A stretch of 64,000 bases of DNA from Eledone cirrhosa (GCA_964016885.1 OZ024747.1:40238001-40302000); one strand, 5' to 3'; counted from the stretch's first letter, positions 14,001-29,145 are shown. The notes: a model not told the origin generated them from the sequence alone. A program made the numbers and translations.

Positions 14001-17000
14001 CAAACATTAAAATTTGTTGAATAAAGATAAATGTATCTTTTTATTGTATTATTTTGTTTAGCCTACCACTATCCTTCTACCACCTCCCCCACTGAACTTT
14101 ATCTCTCTTTCTCACTGTTAAATGACTTCTAACTAAAAGCTAAAACAACTTTTTAAAACTCTTAATTGAATTATGATATAGAAATAACTTATTAAAGATT
14201 GCTAAACTGTAATTTAACCTTTTTGTAGCTTTGCTTTGAATTAAATGTATTTCAATTAATTAATAGCAGAATATTGAGGGATTTAATAAAGTTATTAGTT
14301 AATTCATTGCTGAGATGGTTTTTATAATATAGTTTAACAAATAACTGATATAATCATGTGTTGAAAGATTTTAATTTAGTATAAAGGGATCTTTTAATAT
14401 GGGTGGCTTTGTTTCATACAACCAGAACTTGTTTTGGGAGCAGGGTTAGTATTAAAGGGGTTAACACAAAGATTTAGAGATCTTAAAGATATGGTCTCTG
14501 TTTTAAAACACTATATTCTTATCTTTCTTAAGAGTAATGTAAGTGAAATGAAATGATTACAAATGAGAGCTGAAACCAGGTCATGCTATCAGCTCACTGA
14601 AAGATTACTTCAATGCTAGAATATTATTTGACTTAATGTTCAATATAGAATATAAAAATCGAAGTGGGGAATAATTTTCAAGTCAGTGCAGTATTGACAA
14701 CTTATATCATAACACTGTTTATGCCTACAACAGGCTTTCAAACTCCTTAACTGAAAATTAAACATGTCAGCACTCAGTCACTGAAATACATTTAATTCTT
14801 CTGACACCAACCCATCAGAAATCACCTCTGCTTCTATGATACAAAGCCATTTGTTTTAAGTTTTCCTATTTAAATTTAAACATTTCATCATATTTTTTCT
14901 TTATTTGTCATTAATTTTATTTGGTTAAACATACAAAAAAAAGAGAACAGTATTGGAGAGGACTATAAATGCCATAAATGGGAGGAAAAGGTGGGGAAGA
15001 GCAAAGACTACTAGACAAAGAAGGAGGAAGGGGAGAGGATGACAGACTTTACACCTAAGTCAGTGCGGTATTTTGGTGGACCCAACAGACTAAATGGCAA
15101 AGGAATTTCCACAGACAATGGTCAGCGATACAACTGCAACAACCCCCTTCCTCAGATGGGATCCTTCCTCAGATAGGCTGCTATCATTCTTATTTTATGG
15201 AGGATGTCAGCTGACTGGGGTCTGAGTATACCTGAGGTCTCAATGGCAACCAGTTCAAAGAGGAAGCAGCCGGACAAGTTCCAGTATTTGCTTGATAAAT
15301 TTATGTTCCAAACTCCAGTGTAATAATGAGAAAGTTAGTTATATTACTAAATCCCTGCAAACATTTGGCTATTCTAAATATTAATTGAAAATCATAGACA
15401 GTGTCTTTCTTTAGAAATATCATGATATTGTAATGACGCATGATAGACTTTGTCTTACCTTCTTGGGATCGATCTCATCTAAATGTGTTTGGATATATTG
15501 TACAGTTGCTGAGAAATCTGCTTGGTTGAATTCATAAGGGATATTCCAACCGATAGGACCAAATTTCCGCCTTTCTTGAACAGCTGTGTGCAGAAAGGCT
15601 ACAGCATACAACATCAATTTCCATATACCTAAAGCATTAATGTCCAATTGCTCCTGCATAAAACCAGAAAAGAAAAAATCATATTATCATCAAGTAGAAG
15701 AAAAATAACAAATGCAATATTAAAGACAGTTTTTTCAGCATATGTTTATCTGCTACTAATATTTCATGTCTCAACAAGACCTTTATTTCTGCATTCCATC
15801 ATGGGTTCTCTGATGGGTTTCAATTTATCTGTTATGTAGAGGGAGATTTATCTTGCAGCAACTTACAAGGGTCAACTAAAAGGTTCATAGGTTAACTTTG
15901 AAGGAGTGATGCTAGGGCTGTGAAATCTTGCATGCATCCATTTCAACTCTTCTTGTTTATAAATGCATTGTTTCTTTCCAGGGACTATGTTAAAAAATAA
16001 ACCTCAATTGGTAATTCCATGATTGTAACTTGGTCAGCCTATAAACTTTTCAGCTGACCCTTGTAATGCTACAGATGAATTATTCTCTCATCATTTGATA
16101 TGTTTGGTCTTGGACTAGACTGATGTTGGCAGAAATGACAGCATCATGCTTAATAAACCTGACAATAGTTTTGAATGTAGTGAAATGAAAATTGCCTTTC
16201 TATATTTCTGAAAACATTATCAGAGTTGTAAAGATTAATAACTCAGCTGTCTTCGTTTGTATTCACACAGTACCACCTATTTCTCAAATCATTTTCAGGA
16301 GCATTGCACTAGCCAACCTAACAATTGACAGTTCATATATAACTAACACTATGCTTGGTAAAAGCACATAATTCTAAAATATCTACATCTTAACAGAACT
16401 TGTGAAGTTAATGGATCAATAAATTAATTAAACATTTCATTAATTAAACATATATCTTATTGGGTAAAAATTAAACAATTCAAATTTATTGAAAATCATA
16501 AGATTTTCATATTTTTATCCATTCCATGTTTTATAATTGTTAAAGCAACAGAATGTTGCCTTATATATAGCAAATCTATCAAAATAAAAACATGGAAGTT
16601 GAAGATAAGAAAAGAATATATTAATTGACAAAAATATATGAAAAGTAAATTTAATAATTGTTACCAACATAACTGTCATATGTACCTCCACTGCAGCCAA
16701 CATCCAAATTACAACTGATTTTGCTATATCTATTCCTTCTATCTCAGTCATATCCCATCACTACTGCCACTATCACAGCTAAAGTCTTTCTGGCTACTAT
16801 GGATACAGCGACCTTTCTCACAACGAAGACACTTTTTCCCACTATTAATAACATTACCACAAATACTCTACACAACTTCTCTTTCTTCTTCTTCTTCTTC
16901 TTCTTCTTCACCCACTTATTGCTGAGATGGTCATGGGGGCAAAGTCCTCAAACACTCCCTCCAGGACTCTGCCCCTACGACCAGCTCAGGAATAAGTGGG

Positions 17001-20000
17001 AGGTGTGAGATGGACGCACAAAGGTTGCGTGTCCGGAAGGGAGCAAACCTTAACAGTTGGAACCTGGAACATCACAACTCTCACAGGTAAGGAGCAGGTC
17101 CTAGTGGAGGAAGCTAGATGCTACCAGCTAGATATAGTCGGGGTTTCCAAACAAAGTTCCATGACTCTGGCACTGTAGATTTGGATGGAGGATGGAAACT
17201 TCGCTATTCAAGTGTGGTGCCACAAAACAACATCAAATTTAAATAGATAGTGGTTAGAGCATTGGCCTAGTGGCTTAGTGGTTAGAGCATTGGCCTTGCA
17301 ATTGAAAGGTTGCGAATTCAATTCTCAGACCAGGTGATGTGTTGTTTCCTTGAGCAAGACACTTTATTTCACATTGCTCCAGTTTACTCAGCTGTAGAAA
17401 TGAGATGATAGGGACTGGAGTCCCTATCATTCCACTGCAAAGTGGTCGTGCAGGTGCCACGGCAAAAAAGCACCCAGCACTCACTGTAAATGAGGTTGGC
17501 GTTAGGAAGGGCATCCAGCTGTAGAAATCAAGCCAGAATCAGTTCCCGTCCCACCCTTGCAATCAGGGAAAAAGCGGACGTAAATTGAAATGATGATGAT
17601 GATGATGATGATGAGAAGTAGCAAATATGTAAACATTACCTGGGTAATATTGCCATAAGTCCTTTTTAACCCCGCTTTTATTCCCTGTGGTGGTTCATTG
17701 GTAAATTTGAGAGATATCTGGAGAAGATTGATTGGGAACTTTGGATGTTCTTCTGTAGTTACCCAACAACGGAAGTCCTCATTCACTTTTTCCGTAGTAG
17801 TCATCTTCAGAAGAAACAAGTTTAGGTTTTCATCTAGTAGTTCAACAAATATTTCCTACCTACATCAACTAATTTATCCTAGACAATCTAGTGATGTGGT
17901 AGTGATGATGGTGGTGGTGATGATGGTGGTGGTGGTGATGGTGGTAATGATGGTGGTGGTGATGATGGTGGAGGTGATGATGGTGGTGGTGGTGATGGTG
18001 GTAATGATGGTGGTGGTGATGATGGTGGAGGTGATGGTGGTGGTGATGGTGGTAATGATGGTGATGGTGGTCATGGTGATGTAGTGATGATGATGGTGGT
18101 GGTGATGGTGGTGGTAGTGATGATGGTGGTAATGATGGTGGTGGTGATGATGGTGGTGATGTGATGATTGATGGTGGTGGTGGTGGTGATGGTGGTAATG
18201 ATGGTGGTGGTGATGATGGTGGAGGTGATGATGGTGGTGGTGATGGTGGTGGTGGTGGTAGTGATGATGGTGGTAATGATGGTGGTGGTGATGATGGTGG
18301 TGGTGATGATGGTGGTGGTGGTGATGGTGGTAATGATGGTGGCGGTGATGATGGTGATGGTGGTAATGATGATGTGGTGATGATGGTGGTAGTGATGATG
18401 GTGGTAATGATGGTGGTGGTGGTGATGGTGGTGGTAAGGATAGTGGTAATGATGATGTGGTGATGATGGTGGTGGTGATGGTGGTAGTAAAGGTGATGGC
18501 AGTGGTGATGGTGGTAGTAAAGGTGATGGCAGTGATGGTGGTGGTTTATGATGGTGGTGGTGATGATGGTGGTAGTAAAGATGGTGGTGGTGGTGGTGGT
18601 GGTGGTGGTGGTAGTGATGGTGGTGGTGATGGTGGCAGTGGTAAAGATGGTGGTGATGGTGATGATGGTGGTGGTGGTGGTGGTAGTGATGGTGGTGACC
18701 ATTCTCATTTTCTTTCTTTCCAACCTTCTCTAACAAACAATGAGAAACAAAACAGATAAAATGAAAATAAATTTACTTACAATGACAAATAATTCATTCA
18801 TGAATTCTAATCCAAGATGGCAATTCTGTAGCAAGACCCATTGACCCTCTTGCATTGATGCACTAACTAATTTTCTGGCATGTACTTCTTGACCTTGTCC
18901 CATAGATATGGAACCACATTCTGCAAGTTTAATTTTCATTGTCAAAAGAAGAATTTTTAATCATTACAAGTCTTATTTCTTATACTTTTTAACCCTTTAG
19001 CATTTAAACCAGCCGTATCTGGCCAGAATTTTCTCACCTCTTTCTGTTCAAACTGGCTTTAACCGGTTACTCATATATAGGTATTGTTCTCAAAATAAAT
19101 AATATCAAAATCTCATAGACTCGATATTATGTGAGAATTATGTAAGATAATTATGTGCCTTTGCCGTGAAAATATTATATAATAATAAATATAGAGTAAT
19201 GTAAATGTTATGTAAATGTTATGTGAGGTAAAGACTTTACTGTGAAAATATAATATTAAATATAGACTAATGTAAATGTTATGTAAATGTTATGTGAGGT
19301 AAAGCCTTTACCGTGAAAATGTAATAGTAAATACAGAGTAATGTAAATGTTATGTGTGGTAAAGCCTTTACCATGAAAATGTAATAGTAAATACAGAGTA
19401 ATGTAAATGTTATGTGAGGTAAAGCCTTTACCATGAAAATGTAATAGTAAATACAGAGTAATATAAATGGTAAAGTGTTAAACATGATTATTATTATTTT
19501 TTTGTTATTGATTAGTCAGAACAAGGGTGGTAGGGTGGTAAAGTCATAAGACCATCAGGCAAAATTTTTTTTTGTGGTATTTAGATATAGCCTATTAAAT
19601 TCTGAGTTCAAATCCCACTGAGGTCAAGTGTTCCTTTCATCTTTTCATGGGTCAATAAAATAAAATACTGGCCAAGTACTTGGGTCAATTTAATTGACTT
19701 TCCCCACCCCTAAATGTCTGGCCTTGTGTCTAAGTTAGAAATCCTTAATTAGTTGAAAGAGAAAAGTAGGGGTCCACAACATTAGTTTGAAAGCCCTCTC
19801 ATATTAATGAAAGAAATACTCTTAATATTTTCTCTGAACATCAATAAGTTGAAGTTAAGAAATATTGATGTTGAGAATTTGATGTGTATTTTTTAGACAG
19901 CTTGATGTTCTTTCTGGCACCTCCAGTTGCATTGAGGCAGTAATGGTAAGCATTTAGTAAATTGACAAAGTGTAGATTATTTTAACCTGTATAAGGACTC

Positions 20001-23000
20001 ATTTTCAATGTTTGCCATAGAATTTGTACCAGAGACAAAATAGTCCAGCAATATATATTTCTTAGGTAAAATTATTCTCTCCAAAGTGAAATCAGAAAAA
20101 CACTATTTGATTTGATTTAATAATATTTCTATGTAACAGCCAGCTTTGGTGGGACTTAAGGTTTTGTAAACCAAACTTAGATGAGATGCAATTTGGGTTT
20201 GTACCAGGAAGAAACACCACTGATGCCCTCTTCCTTGTGGGGCAGTTACAAGAAAAGTACCTAGCTAAAAGTAAGCCACTATACCTGGCATTCATCGATC
20301 TCGAGAAAGCCTTTAACAGAGTTCCACGTGGTATAATCTGGTGGGCTCTTAGAAAACTAGGAGTAGATGAATGGCTTGTTAAAGCTGTACAAGCCATGTA
20401 GAGGGGAGTAGTCAGCAAAGTTAGGATTAGCAATGAGTATAGCGAGGAATTTAGCGTACAGGTTGGTGTCCACCAGGGCTCTGTTCTTAGCCCTCTCCTG
20501 TTCATCATAGTCCTGCAGGCAATAACGGAGGAGTTTAAGACCGGATGCCCATGGGAACTCCTGTATGCAGATGACCTCACACTTATAGCTGAATCTATGG
20601 TAGAACTAGAGAAGAAATTCCAAACTTGGAAGCAGGGACTAGAAAGAAAGGGTCTCAAAGTCAACCTGACAAAGACTAAGGTCCTTGTAAGTAGACGAGA
20701 AAACAGAATCCAGATCCCCTCAGGGAAATGGCCTTGCTCAGTATGTAGGAAAGGTGTAGGTAGGAACTCCATTCTCTGCCCCAAATGCAAACAATGGGTA
20801 CACAAGAGATGTAGCAAAATCTCAGAAAGCTTAATTAAGAATGTAGGCTGCACATGTAGCAGCTGTGCTGGGACAGCAAGCAGCAGACAGCCACAGGAAA
20901 CAAGTACCACCAATCTCTGGGAGGGCTCTGTAGAAACAGTAGACAGCTTCTGCTACCTAGGTGACCGAATTAGCAGTGGAGGTGGGTGTTCAGAAAGTAC
21001 AATAACTAGGGTATGAATGGGATGGAAGAAGTTCAGGGAACTACTGCCACTGCTAGCTGCAAAAGGCTTCTCCCTCAAAATGAAAGGCAGACTGTATGAT
21101 GCGTGTATACAAACAGCAATGTTACATGGTAGTGAGACCTGGGCGCTGAAGGTGGAAGACTTATGTAGATTAGAAAGAAACGAAGCCTGCATGCTTCGAT
21201 GGATGTGTAATAGTAATATACGCGAACGGCAAAGCATAAATGAATTGAGAGAGAGACTGAGCATAAGAGGAATCAAATGCTGTGTGCAGGAGAGGCGGTT
21301 GCGTTGGTATGGACATGTGATGCGTATGAAGGATGACAGCTGCATAAAAAGGGGCAGAGCACTAGAAGTCAATGGAAACAGCGGAGTGGGGAAACCCAAG
21401 AAAACCTGGGATGAGGTGATAAAAGCCGACCTTACCCAATTACACCTCTCAAAGGTGATGACACACAACCGTGACCTCTGGCGTCACACAGTAATACAGA
21501 GTACCCAACCTCCCATGGGTACAAGCCGAAGCTGAAGCATATAGACAATATGCCCCCACACCCACCCACTGCAAAGTGGTCGTGGAGGTGCCACGGTAAA
21601 AGAGCATCCAGCCCACACTGTAAAGTGGACGTGTAGGTGCCATGGAAAAAAAGCACCCAGCACTCACTGTAAATGAGGTTGGTGTTAGGAAGGGCATCCA
21701 GTGTAGAAATAAAGCCAAAATCAGTTCCTGTATGAGCAAGACAAGGTCAGCCGACCAGACACTGCCCATAACAGGACAACCCGTCTAACCCATGCTAGCG
21801 TGGAAGAACGGATTTAAAACGGTGATGATGATGATGATGATGATGATGATGAGCCAATGTAAGTTGTTACAAGTTTCCTTTCATTGTTCATTATACTGTG
21901 GGAATTATAAATGTGGTAGATTGGCAGTATCAGCAGAGCATTGGCCATCATGCTTTGCAGCATAGTTACATAGTTTAATTCAACTAAAATGCAAGTTTTA
22001 CTTTTCTTGCAGTATCGGTAGAGGGTCGGACACCATGCTATGCAGCAGAGTTACGGCCCTTTATAGTCTGAGTTCAAATCCCGCCGAGGTTTACTTTGCC
22101 TTTCATCCGTACGGGGTCGATAAAATAAAATACCAGTAATACGCTGGGATAATTGCTGGCCTTGTGCCAAAAGTAGAAACAATTATTTTATAAATACTGA
22201 GTTTTGTAGACAAAATTCCTATCTGACACTATGGTATATGGTGGAGTATTGTGTTATACTTACTAATAGCTTTCTTTTTAGCAAGTTTCTCAATGTTGCT
22301 TGTTGGATCAGAACCCATTGAAAGAAAACAAATCAGAGGAGTTTGAGAATCAGATTCATCATGTAAATCTTCCAGATTTAAAACTCCACTTTCAGCATAC
22401 TATAAAAACAAAATTGACAAGATCTTTTACATTTGGAATTCCAGTACAGTGTAACAAAATGCAAAAGCTAAATTACAAGAATATTTTTTCCATTCCTTTC
22501 TTTTCCCACTCTTTATTTTTCTAATTCTTCTTTTATTTCTAATTCTATCGTCTGATGAAGGACTAGTGTCTGAAACTTTAAGACTCTTTTTCTGTTATTT
22601 CAAGTGTTGAACTAATATATTTCTTCAATGTACTGTGTTGTTTGCTTTGTTATTTCTGTTTACTTTTTACTTGCAAGAATATAATATTGATCTACTTTCA
22701 TAAATCTACATATTGTGTTTTGTTCTATAATTATCAATGTTTACAATGATTACTGCCTCAGATATACTTTAACATACATTTTTACTCCATTTTCTCATCT
22801 TACAACAACAATAATGCAGCAACCCAGTTCCTTGTTAAATCAGAGGGTTAACCTTTCAGGCCCCATGACAAGTTTCTCCATTTTGTACTATCCCTTACCA
22901 GACCTCTGGCTTTCATTTCCTCCTCCATAATCTTTAACCATATCTTTCTTCATTTTCACATTCCTCAACTTCCTTGACATTCATTTCCATCATTCCTCCC

Positions 23001-23837
23001 ACCCAATCATTTTTATCCTTCCTCAACATATGACTCAGCCATCTCATTTCATTTCTCTTCACAACATTCATTACTGACACTATTCCCATTATCCTCTGCA
23101 ATTCATTGTCTGTCTTCCATATTTTTCATTTTCCATTGCTTCTAAATCTACTATATCAAATAATTATATGACAAATAAATGAAGGAATTAATTACCTTCT
23201 GAGAGCACAACAAGGTCTTGAAATAATAGCCTGTGATATATATATATATATATATATATATACTACCAAGCCAGCCTCCTACCTTAATGGTCGCTATATT
23301 TATGGTACTTCAAAATTATTTATAAAACTGGTTATATATTGTATTTTATCTGACGAAGGCATGCCATATTTTTAATATGGTATCCCTGAAATATGTATAA
23401 TGAAATAGATATGGTTTTATAAATATAGTTTCCATTTGTTTAATATCATATATATATACAATATATTAATAAATGGAAACTATATTTATAAAACCATAAT
23501 TAAAATATTATATATATTTCAAGGGCAACCAAGCCAATCTTGGTGCACTTTCATCAGATAAAATACAAAATTTGTTTTATAAATAGTGACATAACCATAG
23601 AAAGCAACCTTGACGGTTGAAAATTCGCTGGATAGTGAAAATTTATTAAGGGTAAATCAAAGTAATGTGTGAATATGCAAATGAATGTCCGAAAAATTGA
23701 AAAGAACAACAGTTTATTTAAATTACGCTGTGGGAATATATTGAATATTTACTCCAGTAAACTGTTGAGTGCTCTATATCAGTTATACACTTTTAAGTTT
23801 GTTGTTGGAATCCCAACAAATTAAATATAACTTCTAC

Positions 23838-23892
<55 letters not shown>

Positions 23893-25503
23893 TGTGAAAG
23901 CAGATGGCTTAGTGGTTAGAGCATCAGGCTTACAATCCTGAGGTTGTGAGTTCAATTCTCAGACCAGGCATTGTGTTCCTGAGCAAAACACTTTATTTCA
24001 CGTTGCCCCAGTTTACTCAGCTGTAGAAACGAATCTACCTAGCTGTGGGCTAAATAGCCTCACCAACCCACAATTGGCCAAGCATGGTGAGTATGGCTAA
24101 ACCCCTGACATGACCAAAACCAAAACAGAAAATGGTGGAAGTCAATCAGGGAGGGGTTCCTCTGTTAGGAGTGAAAAGGCCCTGGATTGAATATATAGAT
24201 ATATATATATTGCAGCATGGAAAATGGATGTTAAATGGTGATGATGATGATATATATATATATATATATAAAATAATTAAGTCAAATATATAAAATTTGG
24301 CTTCGTTTATTATCTATATATATAAAACTGAGGATGTCTGTCTGTGTGTGTGTGTGAGTATGAATCCCTAAAACTCGAGAACCACCCAACCGACTGTTTT
24401 CAAACTTTACACAGGTAATACTTGTTTCAGGGAGTGTTCTGAGCAAAAGCAATTTCAAATTTTCAATGCCCTAGGGACCGCATTAGGCGATTTAGCGATC
24501 TCTCTCTATAATTCTTAGTCTTTCTCTTTTTAGATAGATACACATATAACGTCGCGCCCTTATAATATCTGGCTGTCTGTATTACGTCACCTCCCTGAGG
24601 ATGTCTGTCTGTGTGTGTGTGTGTGTGTGTGTGTCTGTGAGTTTGAATCCCTAAAACTCGAGAAGTACCCAACCGATTTTTTTCAATCTTTAGATGTGTA
24701 TTACTTATGTTTCAGGGAGTGTTATGCACATAAAAAAATACAACTGTTTGATCTCCTAGGGCCCGCATTAGGTGAAAAACTGCGTTTTTAAGCTTTTTAG
24801 GGGTTTTTTGAGGCGTTACGTCAGACCGATTTCCTTGAAATTGTAACTATGTATTAGTCAGTCTCTTCTTCATACCGTGAGCAAAGAAAATTCAACTTTT
24901 TTATGACATAGGGCCTGCATTAGGTGAAAAACTTCATTTTTTCAGCTTTTAAGGGCTTTTTGGAGGCGTTAAGTCTAGCCGATTTTCCCGAAATTTCAAG
25001 GCATATTATGCACATAAAAAAAAATTCATTTTCTTGATACCTGCTTCATCGAAGAAAATCTTAAAGATTATCCAGCCATCAGAGTATTCGGTTTATTTTC
25101 TTTACATATTGTCCAGGCATACAGTTTTTCTACGATTAGGTCTGATGGCGGCCCGCCTTCCAAAATACCTTATCCCGGGCAACGCCGGGTACCACTGCTA
25201 GTAAATTATAGATATACTGCTATATATGTTTCCGTGACAGCCATAATTAGCTGTCACTTCTTCAGTCCAAATTGGTGTGGGAAAGACAGGTACACATGTC
25301 GATATATCCAGCTCCTGGTTGTGTTGTTATTTCTAGTAAAATCATATATATATATATATATATATGATTTTACTATATATTTAAGTTCATACATGGAACA
25401 AAATGCACTAACTAAGGTTTCAAAGCCCAATTATGACCATCTCCCCAGATTGCGCACAGTGGTGCAAAGTGAAAGAGCGATCAAATTTCCGAAAGAGAGA
25501 GGG

Positions 25504-25534
<31 letters not shown>

Positions 25535-28500
25535 GAGAGAGATATGATATGATATGAGAGAGAGAGAAAGGGTTTGTGAGAAGGAGGTTGAGGGAGAAGA
25601 TGTTTGTAAAAGAAAGAGAGAGAATGCCATCAGTATCAGGATACAAACCTCCGGTCCCATTGCTTCAGAGACAAATATCCTTGCCATGGGAATAACTCTA
25701 TCAGGACACCATGAGCGTATCAATAATAGTCTGTGCCAGGATGCTAAGGATTCATTATAGCCATCCGGTATTTGGGCTTCTTCTGGGATATTATCATCAA
25801 ACCAATGCTTCCATGCCTTAATATTTTAAAAAATGATAAAAATATACTCGGTTCTTTGAATTCTGCACATATGTTGTTTTTTATAGATACATGCACATAC
25901 CTATAAAACATTATAAGTTTAGAATAGTAACATTTTATTTCCAGTACTTTTTTAGCAAGAAGACAGTCAACAAAGAAACGGTTAATGTGGAATAAACTAA
26001 AATAATTTAGATGTAAAACTTCTGGAAAGTTTTGCATAATGTAGTGATATATGAAACTAAAACAGCCTTGTTTGTAATAAGTATATTAGTTGAATTTCTT
26101 CTTCATAAACCTTCTTGTGACTGTGTTTGTGTGTATCTGTATCTGTGTATGTGTGTATGTGTGTGTGTGTATATATATGTATGTGTGTATATATATATGT
26201 GGGGCGTTTAACACAGTGTGTAACCCAAGCCAGTTCCATTCAGATGTGTGTGTGTATGTGTGCATGCGTCCATGCATGTGTGTGTTATTATCTAGTACCC
26301 AAGCCATCTCTATTCAGAGAGTCAATGGCTTTCAAGGAGTAAATTGTAGCACTTCCACATTCAATAGATGATATTTTACTTTGTTCTGAAGTTATGCTCT
26401 CTTCTGAATTAATTAATTTGTGTGCCATGTAGTAGTCAGAACATGTGTCTCTTTTGCTCTGCTTCCCATTTGAAGATCATATTGGTTGTTTCGGAGTAAA
26501 TATGTAAAGTAGATTTCACCAGCCTTATCAAACAACTGTGTCATGCCGAATCTCCCTAAGAGTTACATTAAAACACACTTTCATTTAATAAGTACACTGA
26601 TTTGTTAACCTGACAACTGGATTGTTCTTCATTAAAATCAACAAAATTACATTTTTATAATAATTCTACAAGGCTCAACATATGTATGTTGTATGCTTGC
26701 TTGCTTTCATTTAATTGTTGTTTACAAAAATGCTTTCCTTCAACACATCGTGCTTAAACAATCTGGTTATATGGTTCCTCCAGCCTCATGCCAACTGGCA
26801 ACTATGCTCTTCCACCATCTCTGCCTCTGGCAAGATATGGTAATTGAAAGCAGTTTGTGCCACACCTGCACAGGTTATCTTTTAGGGAAGAAATCCAGGT
26901 GTTCTTTGACTTATCCTTTGGTCTCTTCCCACCAGCTGGCAACTATGACAATACAGCTCTTGCTGGTATATTGCCCCCATCTGTAGGACATGCCCTGCCA
27001 GCTACATTCTTCATTTGTATTGTTGTCTTGCCATCTAATGCATAGAATCTTTCAGCAGTTTCTTTGTTGGAAAGTTAATACTTTCCAACAAAGAAATCGC
27101 TGAAAGATTCTATGCATTAAATGGCAAGACAACAAGCTATCTTTTAGTTTAAACATTGAAAAGTATTTATTTAATTATTTTTTGTTCTTACCTTATCGTT
27201 TCTTGTGACCTGACTCAGAATTTGTGCAAACTGCGGTAAGTTACTTAGTGTCACTAAGTTAAGCCATGTCATATCTGAAATCCACTTTTTTGGTTTTGGT
27301 GGTACAGCATTCAAATCAAGAGCTGCTCCTCCTGTAAAAGAAATTATTGAAATTATGTAAGAGCTTCACTTGATTTTTGTCTGAAAACAATAAAGACAGG
27401 GTAATCTTAACATTGAAAGTTTGTTAAAAGACATTTAAAATTTTTTAAGGTCATTTCTCTGTTGAAATAGGGGTTAAGCTTCACACACATCTTGGAGACA
27501 TATTGAGGCAATATTTTACAGCCCTTCCTGGATCCAATGATTTTAGACATCTCTTACAACATATAGTAATAATGTGTCCTTATTCAAAACGAGAAACACA
27601 CATTAATAATTGTTTCTGCTTTTGGCCCAAGGCCAGCAATTTGAAGGGAAGTAGAATGTCAATTAAATCGACCCCAGTACATTACTGTTACTTTATTTTA
27701 TCGACCACATAAGGATGAAAAGCAAAGCTAACATCCACAGGATTTGAACTCAGAATGTAAAGGATCATAATTCTATGCTGTAAAGCATGTTGTCCAACAC
27801 TCTACTGATACTTCCCCTTAGATACACATAATAATAATAATTGTTTCTACTTTTGGCACAAGGCCAGCAATTATCCCAGTGCATTACTGGTACTTTATTT
27901 TATCGACCTCGTAAGGATGAAAGGCAAAGTTAACCTCGGCGGGATTTGAACTCAGATCATAAAGGGAGGTAACTCTATGCTTCAAAGCTTGGCGTCCAAG
28001 CCTCTACCGATACTGCCAATCCACATAATAATAATAAAATACATTATGAAGAAAATCAGTTTGTTACCTTTAATAAATGTATCAAATTCCACAGCTCTGA
28101 CAGCTCCTGAAGCAATGGCAATTTTGATGGTGAGGAGAAGAGTAAATAAAAATTTGTCTCTTTCATAAAAACCGCGGCATGTGTACATAAACATCTTATG
28201 TGAGAAGAAGTCAATAATATTCATGATACGTTTTGATGTGACAGGTGATTTGGTAGATTTTTTAATGGAGAAATCAAAGATTCCCAAGAACTGTTTCAGT
28301 GATGTCTGGTACATAACATTCACTAAACTCATTTCAACAATGACAAAGTAAGCAATACTGCCTTGTGTTGCAACTGTAAAATAATTAATAACATTAAAAT
28401 AAATGTAAGTATGGCATTACATATATATATATATGTGCAGTTTTTTTTGCACTTTTTTGCAATTCCTTTACACATTTTGAATGCACCCGCCAAAAACCGG

Positions 28501-29145
28501 GAATACCTCCCTTGCAGAGTAACCTCGTGAGGTAGTAACTTCACTAATGCTTCATTTGAACCTGGTAGGTGGTTGAGAACAAAAACCTGTTGACAAAGTG
28601 GCTACCTTGTTCGATCTTTATACAAAAGCTTACAATGAAAGCAGGCCGTATACTTGATTTAGAAATCACAGAAACCTCCCATTGGATTTTACCACCACTT
28701 TCCGGGAAGGTCCAGGTAATTATTTGTTAACCTGTTTAGCTTGTTCGTTTTTTTGGCTGCCGTGACTTGTGACTTCACAACCACTATTTTCAATTTGTCT
28801 GGTCTTTATAATGCATGTTAATTGCTCTGGCTTCTTTCTAGTCCATTGAATGTTTGCCAGCATATCTCGAAGATTGCGTTTTGTTTTGTTTTGGCCACTG
28901 CCAAAATACGATCTCGCTGAAATTATATTTATATATATATAAGGAACGATCAAGTTTCGTCAAATCGGACTGAGGAAACAATGTTTCTATTGGTCTTTCC
29001 AATTGCTAATATTATCTATCGGTCGCAACTCCAGGTAGAAGGAGCAACGTGAAATAAAGTGGACATAACGCATCGCCTGGTTCTGGAATCAAACTCACAT
29101 ACTCACGATTGCGAATCCAGTTCTCTAACCACTCAGCCACATGCC

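Noticed and set aside
17869-18759. His/Pro/Thr-rich ORFs
   Set aside because: Triplet microsatellite translations
19150-19470. CRISPR-like regular repeats (also the 54 bp and 47 bp arrays)
   Set aside because: Head-to-tail units without unique spacers, no cas genes, eukaryotic intron context
28941-28990. Possible further hammerhead (gtc..gac-GAAAC on minus)
   Set aside because: CUGANGA is on the opposite strand from GAAA; no complete motif
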